A stretch of DNA of 64,000 bases from Verrucomicrobiales bacterium (GCA_947460575.1 CANHIJ010000003.1:19093-83092); one strand, 5' to 3'. Shown: positions 14,395-24,739, counted from the stretch's first letter. Numbers and translations: made by a program. Notes: generated by a model from the letters alone, not told the origin.

Positions 14395-16149
14395 ATGCGA
14401 ATGACCCCTTGGTGCTCTCTGATTCTCCGCGGCGGCGCGATGTGTTTTTGCGCTGGGGCCCCCCTGCGCGCTGCCTGGGACCTTCGCCCCGACAGTTGGG
14501 TGGCCACCGACGGCCTGGGGCGGAGCCTGCCCAGCGCCGCCGAGGTAGGCTTGCCCAAGGCGAACCGCGCGGTAGGGCTTTTTTATTTCCTGTGGAATGA
14601 GGGGCAAAACGCGGTCTACGACCTCACCAAGTTGGTGGCCGCGAACCCCGCGCAGCCTGCCTTGGGCCCGCCGGGCGCCTTTCACCACTGGGGCGAGCCC
14701 CTTTTTGGATACTATCGCCAGGACGATGTCTACGTCCTGCGCAAGCACATTCAAATGGTCAGCGATGTTGGGGTAGATGTGCTTTTTCTCGACGTCACCA
14801 ATGCCCTCACTTATGATGGGGTGCGGGACCGCCTTTGCGAGGAGCTGAGCCAGCGGCGCGCCCAGGGGCAGGCGGCGCCCGCGATAGCTTTTCTGGCTAA
14901 CAGCAACAGTGCGCAGACCGTGGAGCACTTGTACCGGACCTTTTACCAGCCCGGGAAGGGGCGCGAGCACTGGTTTATGTGGCTAGGCAAGCCGCTGCTG
15001 CTGAGTCCGCCCGAGGGCTTGAGCGAGGAAGTGAAGGCCTTTTTTACGATCCGGCATTCGTGGGCCTGGACCAAGGACCAGGCGTGGTTTGGGGATGGGC
15101 GGGACAAGTGGCCGTGGCTCGACCACACGCCGCAAACACCCGGCTGGCACCTCAGCCGCGAGCAACCAGAGCAGATCGTGGTCTGCGCCGCGGAGCACCC
15201 CATTTCTAACATTGGGCGCAGTTTCCACGGCGGCCAGCAGCCTCCTCCAGAGCGGTGGCAATCCGCCGCCGGGGCCTACTTTGCGGAGCAGTGGCAGCGG
15301 GCGCTCGAAGTTGATCCGCCCTTGGTTTTTCTCACGGGTTGGAACGAGTGGATCGCGCAGCGCTTCATCGACAAGGACGGCTCCATGCGCATGGCCGGGC
15401 GCCAATTGCAGCCGGGGGATTCCTTTTTTGTGGATCAATACTCGGCCGAATTCAGCCGCGACCTTGAGCCCATGAAGGGCGGGTTTGGCGACGCCTATTA
15501 TTATCAAATGGCCGGGGCCATCCGGCGCTACAAGGGAGCCCGTCCGCCCGAGCCGGTGGCGGCCACGGCCATCGCCGTGGATGGCCAATTTGCCGACTGG
15601 GAAGCCGCGGCGCCGGAGTTCCGCGATACTTTGGGCGACCCGGCGCGGCGCGACCATCCCGGTTGGCAGGGGGAGCCGGCCTTTCTCGACCAGTCGGGTC
15701 GCAACGACCTTGCGGTAGCCAAAGTGGCCCAGGATGGGGCGCAGCTCTATTTCTATGTGCGCACGAGCGAGGCGCTGAGCGAGCCATCGGCGGATTGGAT
15801 GCAGCTGTGCCTGGACAGCGACGGCAATGCCGCCACTGGTTGGCTGGGATACGACTACGTGGTCAATCGCCGCGGCTTGGCGGGCCAGCGGGGCACTTTG
15901 GAGAAGTTCCAGTCGGATGGCAGTTCCCGCGCCGTGGCGGTGGAAATCCCCCTGCGCTGGCAAAATAACCAGCTCGAACTAGCCATTCCGCGGGCGGCGC
16001 TCGGGCTGTCCGGCGGCGCGGCGGCGATCGATTTCAAGTGGGTCGACAACATCACCCTGGGCGGGGAGGCCGCAGCCTTCACGCTGCACGGCGATGCCGC
16101 GCCCAACGACCGCTTTAACTTCCGCGCTCTGCTTTCCGCGCTTCCATGA
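14395..16149 (+). CDS. Secreted putative glycoside hydrolase (GH99/GH71-like barrel) with C-terminal carbohydrate-binding-like domain
   Basis: VGLFYFLW, HHWGEPLFGYY, GVDVLFLDVTN, TGWNEW motifs; C-terminal IAVDGQFADW...LYFYV...LELAIP pattern; start codon uncertain. Confidence 0.6.
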   Translation: MRMTPWCSLILRGGAMCFCAGAPLRAAWDLRPDSWVATDGLGRSLPSAAEVGLPKANRAVGLFYFLWNEGQNAVYDLTKLVAANPAQPALGPPGAFHHWGEPLFGYYRQDDVYVLRKHIQMVSDVGVDVLFLDVTNALTYDGVRDRLCEELSQRRAQGQAAPAIAFLANSNSAQTVEHLYRTFYQPGKGREHWFMWLGKPLLLSPPEGLSEEVKAFFTIRHSWAWTKDQAWFGDGRDKWPWLDHTPQTPGWHLSREQPEQIVVCAAEHPISNIGRSFHGGQQPPPERWQSAAGAYFAEQWQRALEVDPPLVFLTGWNEWIAQRFIDKDGSMRMAGRQLQPGDSFFVDQYSAEFSRDLEPMKGGFGDAYYYQMAGAIRRYKGARPPEPVAATAIAVDGQFADWEAAAPEFRDTLGDPARRDHPGWQGEPAFLDQSGRNDLAVAKVAQDGAQLYFYVRTSEALSEPSADWMQLCLDSDGNAATGWLGYDYVVNRRGLAGQRGTLEKFQSDGSSRAVAVEIPLRWQNNQLELAIPRAALGLSGGAAAIDFKWVDNITLGGEAAAFTLHGDAAPNDRFNFRALLSALP

Positions 16150-16294
16150 GCATTTTGGTGCTAGGCACGGGCCATTTGGGCAGGGTGCGGAGCGCGGCGG
16201 CGCGGGTAAATGGGCTGGTGCGGGGCGGCAATCTGAGCGAGAAGGAGGCCTTCTCGCTCTGCCGGAGGGCCGCGGGAGGGCTTTTTATTCTAAC

Positions 16295-17263
16295 ATGCAA
16301 CTGCCCATGAGTCGACTTCCCGCTGCTCACTCCGCCGCCCCAGCGACGCGGCGCCGCTTTTTGGGCGGTCTCGCCGGGGCCGCGGTGGCCGGTCCCTTGC
16401 TGGCCGCCCCTTCTCGGACTGAGCCCGCGCTGAAGGCGGAGGACTGGGTTTTCATCGATAATGGCAAGCTGCGCCTGGGGGTGAAGCGGGCCTCTGGGGC
16501 CGGAATCGGCTGGCTTTCCGCGAGCGGTTCGAAGGAAAATCTGCTCGACCACTGGGACCACGGCCGCCTCATCCAACAAAGCTATTACGGCAAGGAAGAT
16601 GGGTCGCGCTGGGTCGACAAGCCCTGGCGCTGGAATCCAGTGCAGGGCGGCGACTACCGGGGCCAGGCCGCCGAGGTGTTGGAGTTGCAGAGCGACGCGG
16701 TTTCCCTCACCGCGAGGATTCGGCCGCGCAATTGGGCCGGTGGACAGTTGCTCGGAGACTGCGAAATGCGCCAGCGCATCCGTTTGGAGGGCGATCTCGT
16801 GATAGCCCGGATGGGTTTTCGCTATACCGGAAAGGAAAGCCATCCCGCGGTCCACCACGAGGTGCCCGCGGTCTTCCTGGCGCCGCGCTTTGCCACCTTG
16901 GTGCACTACCAGGGCGACCAGGCGTGGACGGGGGGGGCGCTGCAGCGGTCCCGGCCGGGCTGGCCTAACGAGAGTCGGTCGATCCCGGAGCACTGGGCGG
17001 CCTACGTCGACGAGGAGGACCGCGGGCTGGGAGTGTTTGTGCCGATCGCCCAGGAATTGACCTGCTATCGTTTTGGGGCTTCGGAGGCGGCCGCGGGGGC
17101 CTGTTCTTATTTTGCGCCGCTGGTGACATTTGCGATTACTCCGGGGCTGGATTTCAGCTACGACATGGTTTTGGCGGTGGGGCGCCCGCCGGAGATGCGG
17201 GCGGCTTTCGCGGGGATCAAGGACCGGCTGGCGGCAACCCTACCTGCTTCTCAGGCGAAATGA
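16295..17263 (+). CDS. Tat-exported hypothetical protein
   Basis: TRRRFLGGLAGAAVAG twin-arginine signal after ATG 16295; beta-rich body; stop overlaps the lutA start (ATGA). Confidence 0.7.
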   Translation: MQLPMSRLPAAHSAAPATRRRFLGGLAGAAVAGPLLAAPSRTEPALKAEDWVFIDNGKLRLGVKRASGAGIGWLSASGSKENLLDHWDHGRLIQQSYYGKEDGSRWVDKPWRWNPVQGGDYRGQAAEVLELQSDAVSLTARIRPRNWAGGQLLGDCEMRQRIRLEGDLVIARMGFRYTGKESHPAVHHEVPAVFLAPRFATLVHYQGDQAWTGGALQRSRPGWPNESRSIPEHWAAYVDEEDRGLGVFVPIAQELTCYRFGASEAAAGACSYFAPLVTFAITPGLDFSYDMVLAVGRPPEMRAAFAGIKDRLAATLPASQAK

Positions 17264-17976
17264 AAATAGCGCTTTTTATTCCCTGTTTTATCGACGCGGT
17301 TTATCCCCGAGTGGGGATCAGCATGGTGCAGATTTTGGAGAAGCTGGGGCACCAGGTAGAGTTCGCGGAGGCCCTAACTTGTTGTGGGCAGCCGCCCTAC
17401 AATTCGGGTTATTGGCCGGAGGCGCGAAAGGTGGCCCGGCGGGTGGTGGCGGGGCTGGCGGAGGCCGAAGTGGTCGTGATCGGGAGCGGGTCGTGCGGGG
17501 CCATGTTGAAAGTTTGCTATGGAGAGCTCTTTGCGGGCGAGCCCGAGGAGGCGGCGGCCCGCGCCTTGGCGGCAAAATGCTATGAGTTTTCCGATTTCCT
17601 GGTGAACCGGCTGGGGGTGGTGGATGTGGGGGCGGCGTTTCCGCACCGGGTGACCTTCCACGACGGCTGCCACGGGCTGCGGGAAATGAATGGGAAGGCC
17701 CCGCCGCGGGAGCTGCTCCAGCAGGTGCGCGGTCTGGAGTTAGTGGAGATGGGAGAAGCCGAGACCTGCTGCGGTTTTGGCGGCACCTTTGCGACCAAAT
17801 ATCCCGCCATCTCCACCGCCATGGGCGAAGTCAAATGCGCTTCCGCCGCGGCGACCGGCGCGGACTTCATGGTCTCGAACGACTCTAGCTGCCTGATGCA
17901 CCTCCAGGGCTTGCTGGACCGTCAGGGGCGGCCGCTCAAAACCCTGCACCTCGCGGAAATCCTGGCCTGCTCATGA
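17260..17976 (+). CDS. lutA: L-lactate utilization Fe-S protein A (LutA/YkgE)
   Basis: Two CCG domains (TCCGQP, TCCGFGGTF), FHDGCH, SCLMHL. Confidence 0.92.
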   Translation: MKIALFIPCFIDAVYPRVGISMVQILEKLGHQVEFAEALTCCGQPPYNSGYWPEARKVARRVVAGLAEAEVVVIGSGSCGAMLKVCYGELFAGEPEEAAARALAAKCYEFSDFLVNRLGVVDVGAAFPHRVTFHDGCHGLREMNGKAPPRELLQQVRGLELVEMGEAETCCGFGGTFATKYPAISTAMGEVKCASAAATGADFMVSNDSSCLMHLQGLLDRQGRPLKTLHLAEILACS

Positions 17977-19400
17977 ACCCTAACGCGGCCCAGTTCCAGA
18001 CCGACGCCGGGCGGCTCGCTGCCGACCTGACGCACCGCCAGCGCATTCAGAGCGCGATGGCGAAATACTACGCGGCGCGCCTGCCGCGGCAGGCCCTTTT
18101 TCGGGATTGGCAGGAGGGGCGGCAGACCGCGGCCGAGACCAAATGGGCCGCGCTCCAGCAGCTCGACGAGCACCTCCTCGCCTTTGAAAAAAACGCCACT
18201 GCCCGCGGCACGCAAGTACACTGGACGAGCACGAGCGAGCAGGCTCGCCAGGTCATTGTGGACATCATTCAGCGGCACCGCGCCCAGCGCATCGTCAAGT
18301 CCAAGGTCATGACGTCCGAGGAAATCCACCTCAATCAGCTGCTGGAATCGCTGGGCTTCGAAGTGGTAGAAAGCGACCTCGGGGAATACATCCAGCAGCT
18401 CAAGGGTGAGCCCCCCTATCACTTTGTTTTTCCCTGCATGCACCTCAGCCGGGAGGAAATCAGCGACCTCTTTGAGAACCACCTGGGCACTGCCCAGACC
18501 CACGACCCCGAAGCCCTGACGATGATTGCGCGGCGGGTGCTGCGGCAAAAGTATTTGGCGGCGGACGTGGGGATCACTGGGGCTAACTTCATTGTGGCGG
18601 AGACCGGGATGGTTTCCATTACGGAAAATGAGGGCAACGCCCGGCTCACGGCGGCCTTGCCGCGGGTCATGATCACCTTGGTGGGGATTGAGAAAATCTT
18701 GCCGCGGCTGTCGGACCTAGCGCTTTTCTTGCCGATGCTGGCGACCGCCGGGACCGGCCAGCCGCTGACCTGTTACAACACCATGTACGGCGGTCCGCGC
18801 CAGTCGGGCGAGGCCGATGGGCCGGAGGAATGGCACGTGGTTTTGTTGGACAACAACCGCACGGCGCTCCTCGCCGACCCCGAGCAGCGCGACGCCCTGC
18901 ACTGCATTCGCTGCGGCGCCTGCCTCAACGTGTGCCCGATTTTCAAGAATGTGGGCGGCTTCAGCTACGGCACTACCTATCAAGGGCCGATTGGCGCGGT
19001 GATCACCCCGCACCTGCGCGGGCTGCAAGATTGGAAGCATTTGTCCGCTGCCTCTAGCCTCTGCGGGGCCTGCACCGAAACCTGCCCCGTGAAAATCGAC
19101 CTCCACCACCACTTGCTGCAAAACCGCCGCAACGCCGTCCAGCAGGGCGGGGGCGGCTGGGAGGGCCTGCTGTGGCGCGCTTTTGCCTTTGTGATGAACC
19201 GCCCGCGCCTCTACCGCCTCGCGGTCCGACTCGGGCGCTGGGCCCAACCGCTTCAGGGCCTGGTGCAGGGGGAAGCCTTCGATCCGCTGCAAGCTTGGAC
19301 GAAAACCCGGGACCTTCCGGACTTGGCGCCCCAGTCGTTCCGCGCCTTTTGGGCCCAGCGCGTCTCGGCCCCGGCGCCGGAGGAAAGGAGGCCCACATGA
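17973..19400 (+). CDS. lutB: L-lactate utilization Fe-S protein B (LutB/YkgF)
   Basis: KSKVMTSEEI, ESDLGEYIQQL, ENEGN, CIRCGACLNVCP, SSLCGACTETCP. Confidence 0.93.
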   Translation: MNPNAAQFQTDAGRLAADLTHRQRIQSAMAKYYAARLPRQALFRDWQEGRQTAAETKWAALQQLDEHLLAFEKNATARGTQVHWTSTSEQARQVIVDIIQRHRAQRIVKSKVMTSEEIHLNQLLESLGFEVVESDLGEYIQQLKGEPPYHFVFPCMHLSREEISDLFENHLGTAQTHDPEALTMIARRVLRQKYLAADVGITGANFIVAETGMVSITENEGNARLTAALPRVMITLVGIEKILPRLSDLALFLPMLATAGTGQPLTCYNTMYGGPRQSGEADGPEEWHVVLLDNNRTALLADPEQRDALHCIRCGACLNVCPIFKNVGGFSYGTTYQGPIGAVITPHLRGLQDWKHLSAASSLCGACTETCPVKIDLHHHLLQNRRNAVQQGGGGWEGLLWRAFAFVMNRPRLYRLAVRLGRWAQPLQGLVQGEAFDPLQAWTKTRDLPDLAPQSFRAFWAQRVSAPAPEERRPT

Positions 19401-20086
19401 CTGAGCGCGACAAAATCCTGCAGCGCATCCGCCAAGCGCTGGTCATGCCTTCGCCCAAGCCGGGCTCGCACGGGACGGTTTTCGGCATTGGCGCGGCCCG
19501 CACCGCGGCGCAGAGCGCCCGGGACTGGCTGCCGCAAGTGGGCCCGAGCCAAGGCGATTGGGTCACCCGGTTCACGCAAAATTGCAGCGAATTGAAAACC
19601 GAGGTCATAGTGGCGGCGGATGCGGCCGCGGCCCAGGTGCAGTTGCAGCGCTTGGCGGCCGCGGAGCAGTGGCGATCGGTTGCCACCCACGGCGCGGGCG
19701 AGGCGGCGGCGGCGGCGGCGTCCCTGGGACTGCCAGTGTTGCGCACTGACGGGGGGTACCGCGCGGAGGAGTTAGAAGCGTGCGGCGCGGGGATTACCGA
19801 TTGCGACGCCCTGGTGGCCCAGACCGGCTCGATTCTCCTCACGGCGCGCAGCGGGGGCGGTCGGGCCCTCTCGGTGCTGCCCCCGCACCATGTGGTGGTG
19901 GCGCGCCGCGAGCAGTTAGTGCCCGATCTTCCGGCGGCCTTCGCGTGGCTGCACCACTGCTATGGACCGGCGGCTTGGCCTAGCATGATCACCCTCATCA
20001 CTGGCCCAAGCCGCACGGGGGACATCGAGCGCATCTTGGTGCTGGGGGCCCACGGGCCCAAGAAACTCACCGTTGTGATCTACTGA
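19397..20086 (+). CDS. lutC: L-lactate utilization protein C (LutC/YkgG)
   Basis: GRALSVLPPHHV, ITGPSRTGDIE...GAHGPK; ATG 19397 overlaps the lutB stop. Confidence 0.9.
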   Translation: MTERDKILQRIRQALVMPSPKPGSHGTVFGIGAARTAAQSARDWLPQVGPSQGDWVTRFTQNCSELKTEVIVAADAAAAQVQLQRLAAAEQWRSVATHGAGEAAAAAASLGLPVLRTDGGYRAEELEACGAGITDCDALVAQTGSILLTARSGGGRALSVLPPHHVVVARREQLVPDLPAAFAWLHHCYGPAAWPSMITLITGPSRTGDIERILVLGAHGPKKLTVVIY

Positions 20087-20226
20087 GGTGCGCCGACCGC
20101 GGTTGGCCCGCGGCGTTGGATTGGCGGCGCGAACGGGCGCTTGGCTGCTGGGGCTTCCTGTCGTTTTCCTTTGTGCGGTTGGCCTTTTGCTGCTCCCCTA
20201 CGGTAAATCTAACCTCGCTATTGCTC

Positions 20227-21300
20227 ATGGACAAATCCGCCAAAGCCTTCCTGCACCAACTCCTCGGAACCCCTAGCCCGACCGGTTTTGAAATCACCGG
20301 GCAGCGCGTCTGGGCCGCCTACGTCAAAGCGTTCAGCGACCGGGTAGAGAGCGATGCCTATGGCAGCGCCTGGGCGGTGCTGGAGGGGAAGTCGCCCGTC
20401 AAGTTGATGCTCGAAGCCCACGCCGACGAGATCGGCTACATGGTTAAGCATATCACCAAGGAGGGTTTCATCCACGTCGACCGCATCGGGGGCAGCGACT
20501 ACGCCACGGCGCGGGGGCGCAAGCTGATTTTCCAAGGCGACAAGGGGCCGGTCAAAGGGATCATCGGCAACACCGCGATCCACATTCGGGACCGGACGGG
20601 TGGAGAGAAAGCGCCCGAGGTGCATGAATTGTATGTCGATGTCGGGGCCGACTCCGACAAGGAAGTCGCCAAGTTGGGCCTGCGCGTGGGGCATCCGGCG
20701 GTGTATGCGGATAGCTTGGAGGAATTTGGCGCGGGTCGCCTCTGCGGGCGCGCCATCGACAACCGCATGGGGGGATTCATCATCGCCGAAGTGATGCGCC
20801 GCTTGCACAAGCAGCAGGATAAACTGGCGGTCACGGTGGTGGCGGCTAACTGCGTGCAGGAGGAAATCGGAGGCTATGGGGCGCGCATGGTCACCTACCG
20901 CTTGCAGCCCGACGTGGCGATTTGCCTCGATGTGACCCACGCCACGGACACCCCGGGAATTGAGAAATCGAAGCACGGCAGCATCAAGTTAGGGGCGGGC
21001 CCCAGCGTGACCCACGGCACGGCCTGCCATCCCCTGGTGGTGCAGCGGATCGAAAAAGTGGCGGCCAAGGAAAAGATTCCGCTGCAGCACGAGTCCTCCT
21101 CCCGCTACAGCGGCACCGACACCGATTCGATGTACCACATCCGGGCCGGGACGCCGTGCGGGCTGGTTTCGCTGCCGCTGCGCTACATGCACAGCGTGGT
21201 GGAATTGGTCGACCTCCAGGACGTCGAGCAGGTCATTCAATTGCTCACCGCTTTTGCGCTCAGCTTGAAGCCCGAAGACAGCTTCGCGCACCAACTCTAG
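20227..21300 (+). CDS. M42 family metallopeptidase
   Basis: AHADEIG, RAIDNR, VQEEIG, DVTHA, GTDTD, RYMHS metal-ligand motifs. Confidence 0.92.
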   Translation: MDKSAKAFLHQLLGTPSPTGFEITGQRVWAAYVKAFSDRVESDAYGSAWAVLEGKSPVKLMLEAHADEIGYMVKHITKEGFIHVDRIGGSDYATARGRKLIFQGDKGPVKGIIGNTAIHIRDRTGGEKAPEVHELYVDVGADSDKEVAKLGLRVGHPAVYADSLEEFGAGRLCGRAIDNRMGGFIIAEVMRRLHKQQDKLAVTVVAANCVQEEIGGYGARMVTYRLQPDVAICLDVTHATDTPGIEKSKHGSIKLGAGPSVTHGTACHPLVVQRIEKVAAKEKIPLQHESSSRYSGTDTDSMYHIRAGTPCGLVSLPLRYMHSVVELVDLQDVEQVIQLLTAFALSLKPEDSFAHQL

Positions 21301-21318
21301 GCGCGCCGGGAGCGGCAT

Positions 21319-21353
21319 AAAAAAGCCGGGCCCCGCGCGGGGTCCGGCTTTTT
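21319..21353. terminator. Bidirectional terminator between convergent genes
   Basis: AAAAAAGCCGGGCCCC-gcgc-GGGGTCCGGCTTTTT. Confidence 0.85.
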
Positions 21354-21380
21354 GCATGGGAGGTGCGAGGGGCGGGGGCC

Positions 21381-22808
21381 TTAGCCTTCGTCTTCGACCA
21401 CGTCGGGCCACTCGGTGTGGAAGGGCTTGCCTTCGGGCTTGTCGAGGCGCTCGTAGGTGTGGGCGCCGAAGAAGTCGCGCTGGGCCTGGAGGAGGTTAGC
21501 GGGGAGGCGGGCGGCGCGGTAGCTGTCGTAGTAGCCGAGGGAGGCGCTGAAGGCGGGGACGGGGATGCCGTTAGTGACGGCGAGGGCGACGGTTTCGCGC
21601 CAGCTTTGTTGGAACTGGTTGAGGAGGTCCTTGAAGAAGGGATCCAGCATCAAGTTAGTGAGGCCGGGATTGCTGCGGAAGGCGTCGGTGATGCGGTTGA
21701 GGAACTTGGCGCGGATGATGCAGCCGCCGCGCCAGATGGCGGCGATTTTGCCGAGGTCGAGGTCCCAATGTTTCTTTTCGCCCATGGTCTTGATGAGGTC
21801 GAGGCCCTGGGCGTAGGAGATGATTTTGGAGGCAAAGAGGGCGTCGTGGACCTTGGCCACGAGGACTTGCTTCTCGATGCTGATGTTGGCCACGGGGCCT
21901 TGGAGGTGGGCGCTGGCGGCGAGGCGCTGCTTGCGCTGGCTGGAGAGAATGCGGGCTTCGACGGCGGCGTTGATAGTGGAAATGACCACCGCGTTTTCGA
22001 CCGCGTTTTGCAGGGTCCACTGGCCGGTGCCTTTTTGGCCCGCTTTGTCGACGATCAGCTCCACGATGGGGGTGCCGGTTTCCTCGTCTTTTTGGGCGAA
22101 GATTTTGGAGGTGATCTGGATGAGATAGGACTCGAGGTCGCCGTTGTTCCAGTCGGTGAAGACTTGGGCCATTTCGTCGGAAGAGAAGTCGGCCGCTTTG
22201 AAGATGTTATAAGCTTCGCAGATGAGCTGCATGTCGCCGTACTCGATGCCGTTGTGCACCATTTTGACGTAGTGGCCCGCGCCGCCGGGGCCGATATGGG
22301 TCACGCAGGGCTCGCCGTTTACCTTGGCGGAGATGCTTTCAAAAATGGGCTTCATAACCTCCCAGGTGCTGGCGGGGCCGCCGGGCATGATGGAGGGACC
22401 TTTGAGGGCGCCTTCTTCGCCGCCGGAGACGCCGGCGCCGATGAAGCGGAGGCCGAGTTCGCCGAGTTCGGCGTCGCGCCGCTCGGTGTCGCTGTAGAGG
22501 CTATTGCCGCCGTCGATGATGATGTCGCCCTTGTTGAGCAGGGGGACGAGGGCCTCGATGACGGCGTCCACCGGGGCGCCGGCTTTGACCATGATTTGGA
22601 TCTTGCGCGGGGTGGAGAGGGACTCCACGAAATCCTCCAAGGTGCGGCAGCCCACTAACTTTTTCTCGGGATTGTCGGCGATGAATTGGTCGGTGACCGC
22701 CGTGGTGCGGTTGTAGACGCTGACTTGGAAGCCGCGGCTTTCCACGTTGAGGACGAGGTTTTGGCCCATGACGGCCAGGCCGATTAATCCGAAGTCGCTT
22801 TTGCTCAT
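21381..22808 (-). CDS. gndA: 6-phosphogluconate dehydrogenase (NADP+, decarboxylating)
   Basis: GLAVMGQNL, GVSGGEEGA, KMVHNGIEYGDMQ, QRDFFGAHTY. Confidence 0.98.
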   Translation of the reverse strand: MSKSDFGLIGLAVMGQNLVLNVESRGFQVSVYNRTTAVTDQFIADNPEKKLVGCRTLEDFVESLSTPRKIQIMVKAGAPVDAVIEALVPLLNKGDIIIDGGNSLYSDTERRDAELGELGLRFIGAGVSGGEEGALKGPSIMPGGPASTWEVMKPIFESISAKVNGEPCVTHIGPGGAGHYVKMVHNGIEYGDMQLICEAYNIFKAADFSSDEMAQVFTDWNNGDLESYLIQITSKIFAQKDEETGTPIVELIVDKAGQKGTGQWTLQNAVENAVVISTINAAVEARILSSQRKQRLAASAHLQGPVANISIEKQVLVAKVHDALFASKIISYAQGLDLIKTMGEKKHWDLDLGKIAAIWRGGCIIRAKFLNRITDAFRSNPGLTNLMLDPFFKDLLNQFQQSWRETVALAVTNGIPVPAFSASLGYYDSYRAARLPANLLQAQRDFFGAHTYERLDKPEGKPFHTEWPDVVEDEG

Positions 22809-22892
22809 ATTCTATCAGGTTTTGCTCTTGAAGTGGGGGAAGGGCAGGGGTTTGGGGGGAAGGGCAAAGTGTCCCGCTCCCCTTGCTTGGCA

Positions 22893-23294
22893 ATGGAAAA
22901 TGCGTCCGTCTTGATAACCCTCGGCCCCGAGCCGGTGCCGTCGCCTCCGCCTGCGGACAGCGGGGCGTGGGGGGCGCAAGTGTGTTTTTGGGGGCGGGTG
23001 CGGGACTCCGAGGACGGGCGACCGCTGCGCGGCATTACCTACAGCGCCTATCCGGCGATGGCCCTGCGGGAGCTGGAAGCGGTGGCGGCGGCCCTGCAAG
23101 AGGCGTTTGGGCCGCACCCCTTGAGGCTGCACCACCGCACGGGTTTTGTGGCCAATGGCGAGGCCTCTTTGCTGATCGCGGTGGCGGGTCGACACAGCGC
23201 GGAATCATTTGCGCTCTGCGCCGAGTATGTGCGACGACTCAAGGTGGCCGTGCCGGTCTGGAAGCACCCCGAGTTCCTCCCCAGCGCGCCCTGA
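22893..23294 (+). CDS. moaE: Molybdopterin synthase catalytic subunit
   Basis: GAQVCFWGRVR, YSAYPAMA, HRTG, LKVAVPVWK. Confidence 0.8.
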   Translation: MENASVLITLGPEPVPSPPPADSGAWGAQVCFWGRVRDSEDGRPLRGITYSAYPAMALRELEAVAAALQEAFGPHPLRLHHRTGFVANGEASLLIAVAGRHSAESFALCAEYVRRLKVAVPVWKHPEFLPSAP

Positions 23295-23304
23295 TCCGCG
23301 CCCC

Positions 23305-23889
23305 ATGAACCTGCCCAATCAACTCACGGTATCTCGCCTAGCCTTTACTGGCGCCTTTGTTGTGGCGACTTCGGTGCCTGGGCCCTACGCGTTCACCCTG
23401 GGGTTGGGCCTCTTCGTCCTGGCTTCCATCACCGACTGGCTGGATGGAAAAATCGCCCGGGAGCGGAATTTGGTAACCGCTTTTGGGGAGTTGATGGACC
23501 CCCTGGCAGACAAAATTTTGCTGGCGGCGGCCTTTGTGACGCTGATGGAACAGGGGCTGATGCCCGGCTGGCTGGTGATCGCCATCCTGGCGCGCGAATT
23601 TCTCGTCACCGGCCTGCGCCTGGTGGCGGGGGCCCGCGGGGCGGTGCTGGCGGCGGACCGCCTGGGCAAGCAGAAGACGCTGTGGCAGATCGTGACCGCC
23701 TGTTATTTGCTCTTTTACTTGGCGAGCCGCGAAAGCCCTCTGGCCTTTGCGCGGCCTCTCTTTGAGCTGAAGGGGCTTGGGGTGTCGACCCTGTTGCCGC
23801 TGCTGCTGGGGCTAACTTTGGCAACTACGCTGTATTCGGGGCTGGCCTATTTTTGGAAAAACCGGCAAGTGGTGCTCGACCAGATGTGA
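23305..23889 (+). CDS. pgsA: CDP-diacylglycerol--glycerol-3-phosphate 3-phosphatidyltransferase
   Basis: MNLPNQLT, DWLDGKIAR...FGELMDPLADK, REFLVTGLR. Confidence 0.93.
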   Translation: MNLPNQLTVSRLAFTGAFVVATSVPGPYAFTLGLGLFVLASITDWLDGKIARERNLVTAFGELMDPLADKILLAAAFVTLMEQGLMPGWLVIAILAREFLVTGLRLVAGARGAVLAADRLGKQKTLWQIVTACYLLFYLASRESPLAFARPLFELKGLGVSTLLPLLLGLTLATTLYSGLAYFWKNRQVVLDQM

Positions 23890-23942
23890 GCGCTGCGCCT
23901 GCGCTTTACGTCCGCTCCTTTCCATGTCACAACTCCCTATTT

Positions 23943-24593
23943 ATGAAATCTGACCCTTCCCGAGCCCTGCCACTTTCCGCTCTCCGGCGCGCCCTGCTGC
24001 TGGCCGGGAGCACGGCGCTGATCGCCTCCTCCTGTGCCGACCGCCCTGCCTATGGGCCGGAGAGCAATGTCTTTGCCCCCCGCTACGGGTACGGCAGCGC
24101 CCCAGCCAACTTGGAGGAGCGCCCCGCCGCCCCAGCCGATGCGCCAGGGCGCGCCAATCCCCAAGTCCAGGACGGTCAACCCCGCAAGGTCCCAGAAATC
24201 TTGCGCGACCCCTCCAATACCACGGTCGACCTCAGCCCTCCGCCCAGCAAGGCCGCTCCAGGGCAAGCCCCGGAGCAGACCGCTCCCCCGGCGGAGGCCG
24301 CCCCCGCCCGGACCCCGGCCCCAGCCTTGACCAAAGCCCCGGCGGAGGCCGCTCCAGCCCCGGCCCCCGAGGCGGCGGCGCCCGCCCCCGAGCGGATTGC
24401 GGCTCCGGCCCCCGCTCCCGTCAAGCCCGCCGTGGCGCGCGAGGACTTACCCTTTGGCCAGCCGGTGGTGGGCAAGAAGGGCTTTGTCTACAGCCCCTAC
24501 GCCCCGGACAAGGGCCAGGTCGACGTCCAGGATATTCCCTCGGGCACCAAGGTGAAGTGCCCGTACACCAACAAGGTTTTCCGCGTGCCTTGA
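23943..24593 (+). CDS. Pro/Ala-rich lipoprotein with small C-terminal domain
   Basis: Lipobox LIASSC; C-terminus GKKGFVYSPYAP...VDV...GTKVKCPYTNKVFRVP. Confidence 0.75.
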   Translation: MKSDPSRALPLSALRRALLLAGSTALIASSCADRPAYGPESNVFAPRYGYGSAPANLEERPAAPADAPGRANPQVQDGQPRKVPEILRDPSNTTVDLSPPPSKAAPGQAPEQTAPPAEAAPARTPAPALTKAPAEAAPAPAPEAAAPAPERIAAPAPAPVKPAVAREDLPFGQPVVGKKGFVYSPYAPDKGQVDVQDIPSGTKVKCPYTNKVFRVP

Positions 24594-24739
24594 GCGGCCG
24601 ATTGGCCCGCGGCCGGAGCCCCGGCCGGAGCTCGCCTTGCCCGGCGCCGGCCTTCACGAGGCCTGCGCCGCGCTTTTTTCCCCGACTTCTCCGTTGCCGG
24701 GCGGCTTGGGCGCCTCCTGATGGGATAGGTCCTTTTTTC

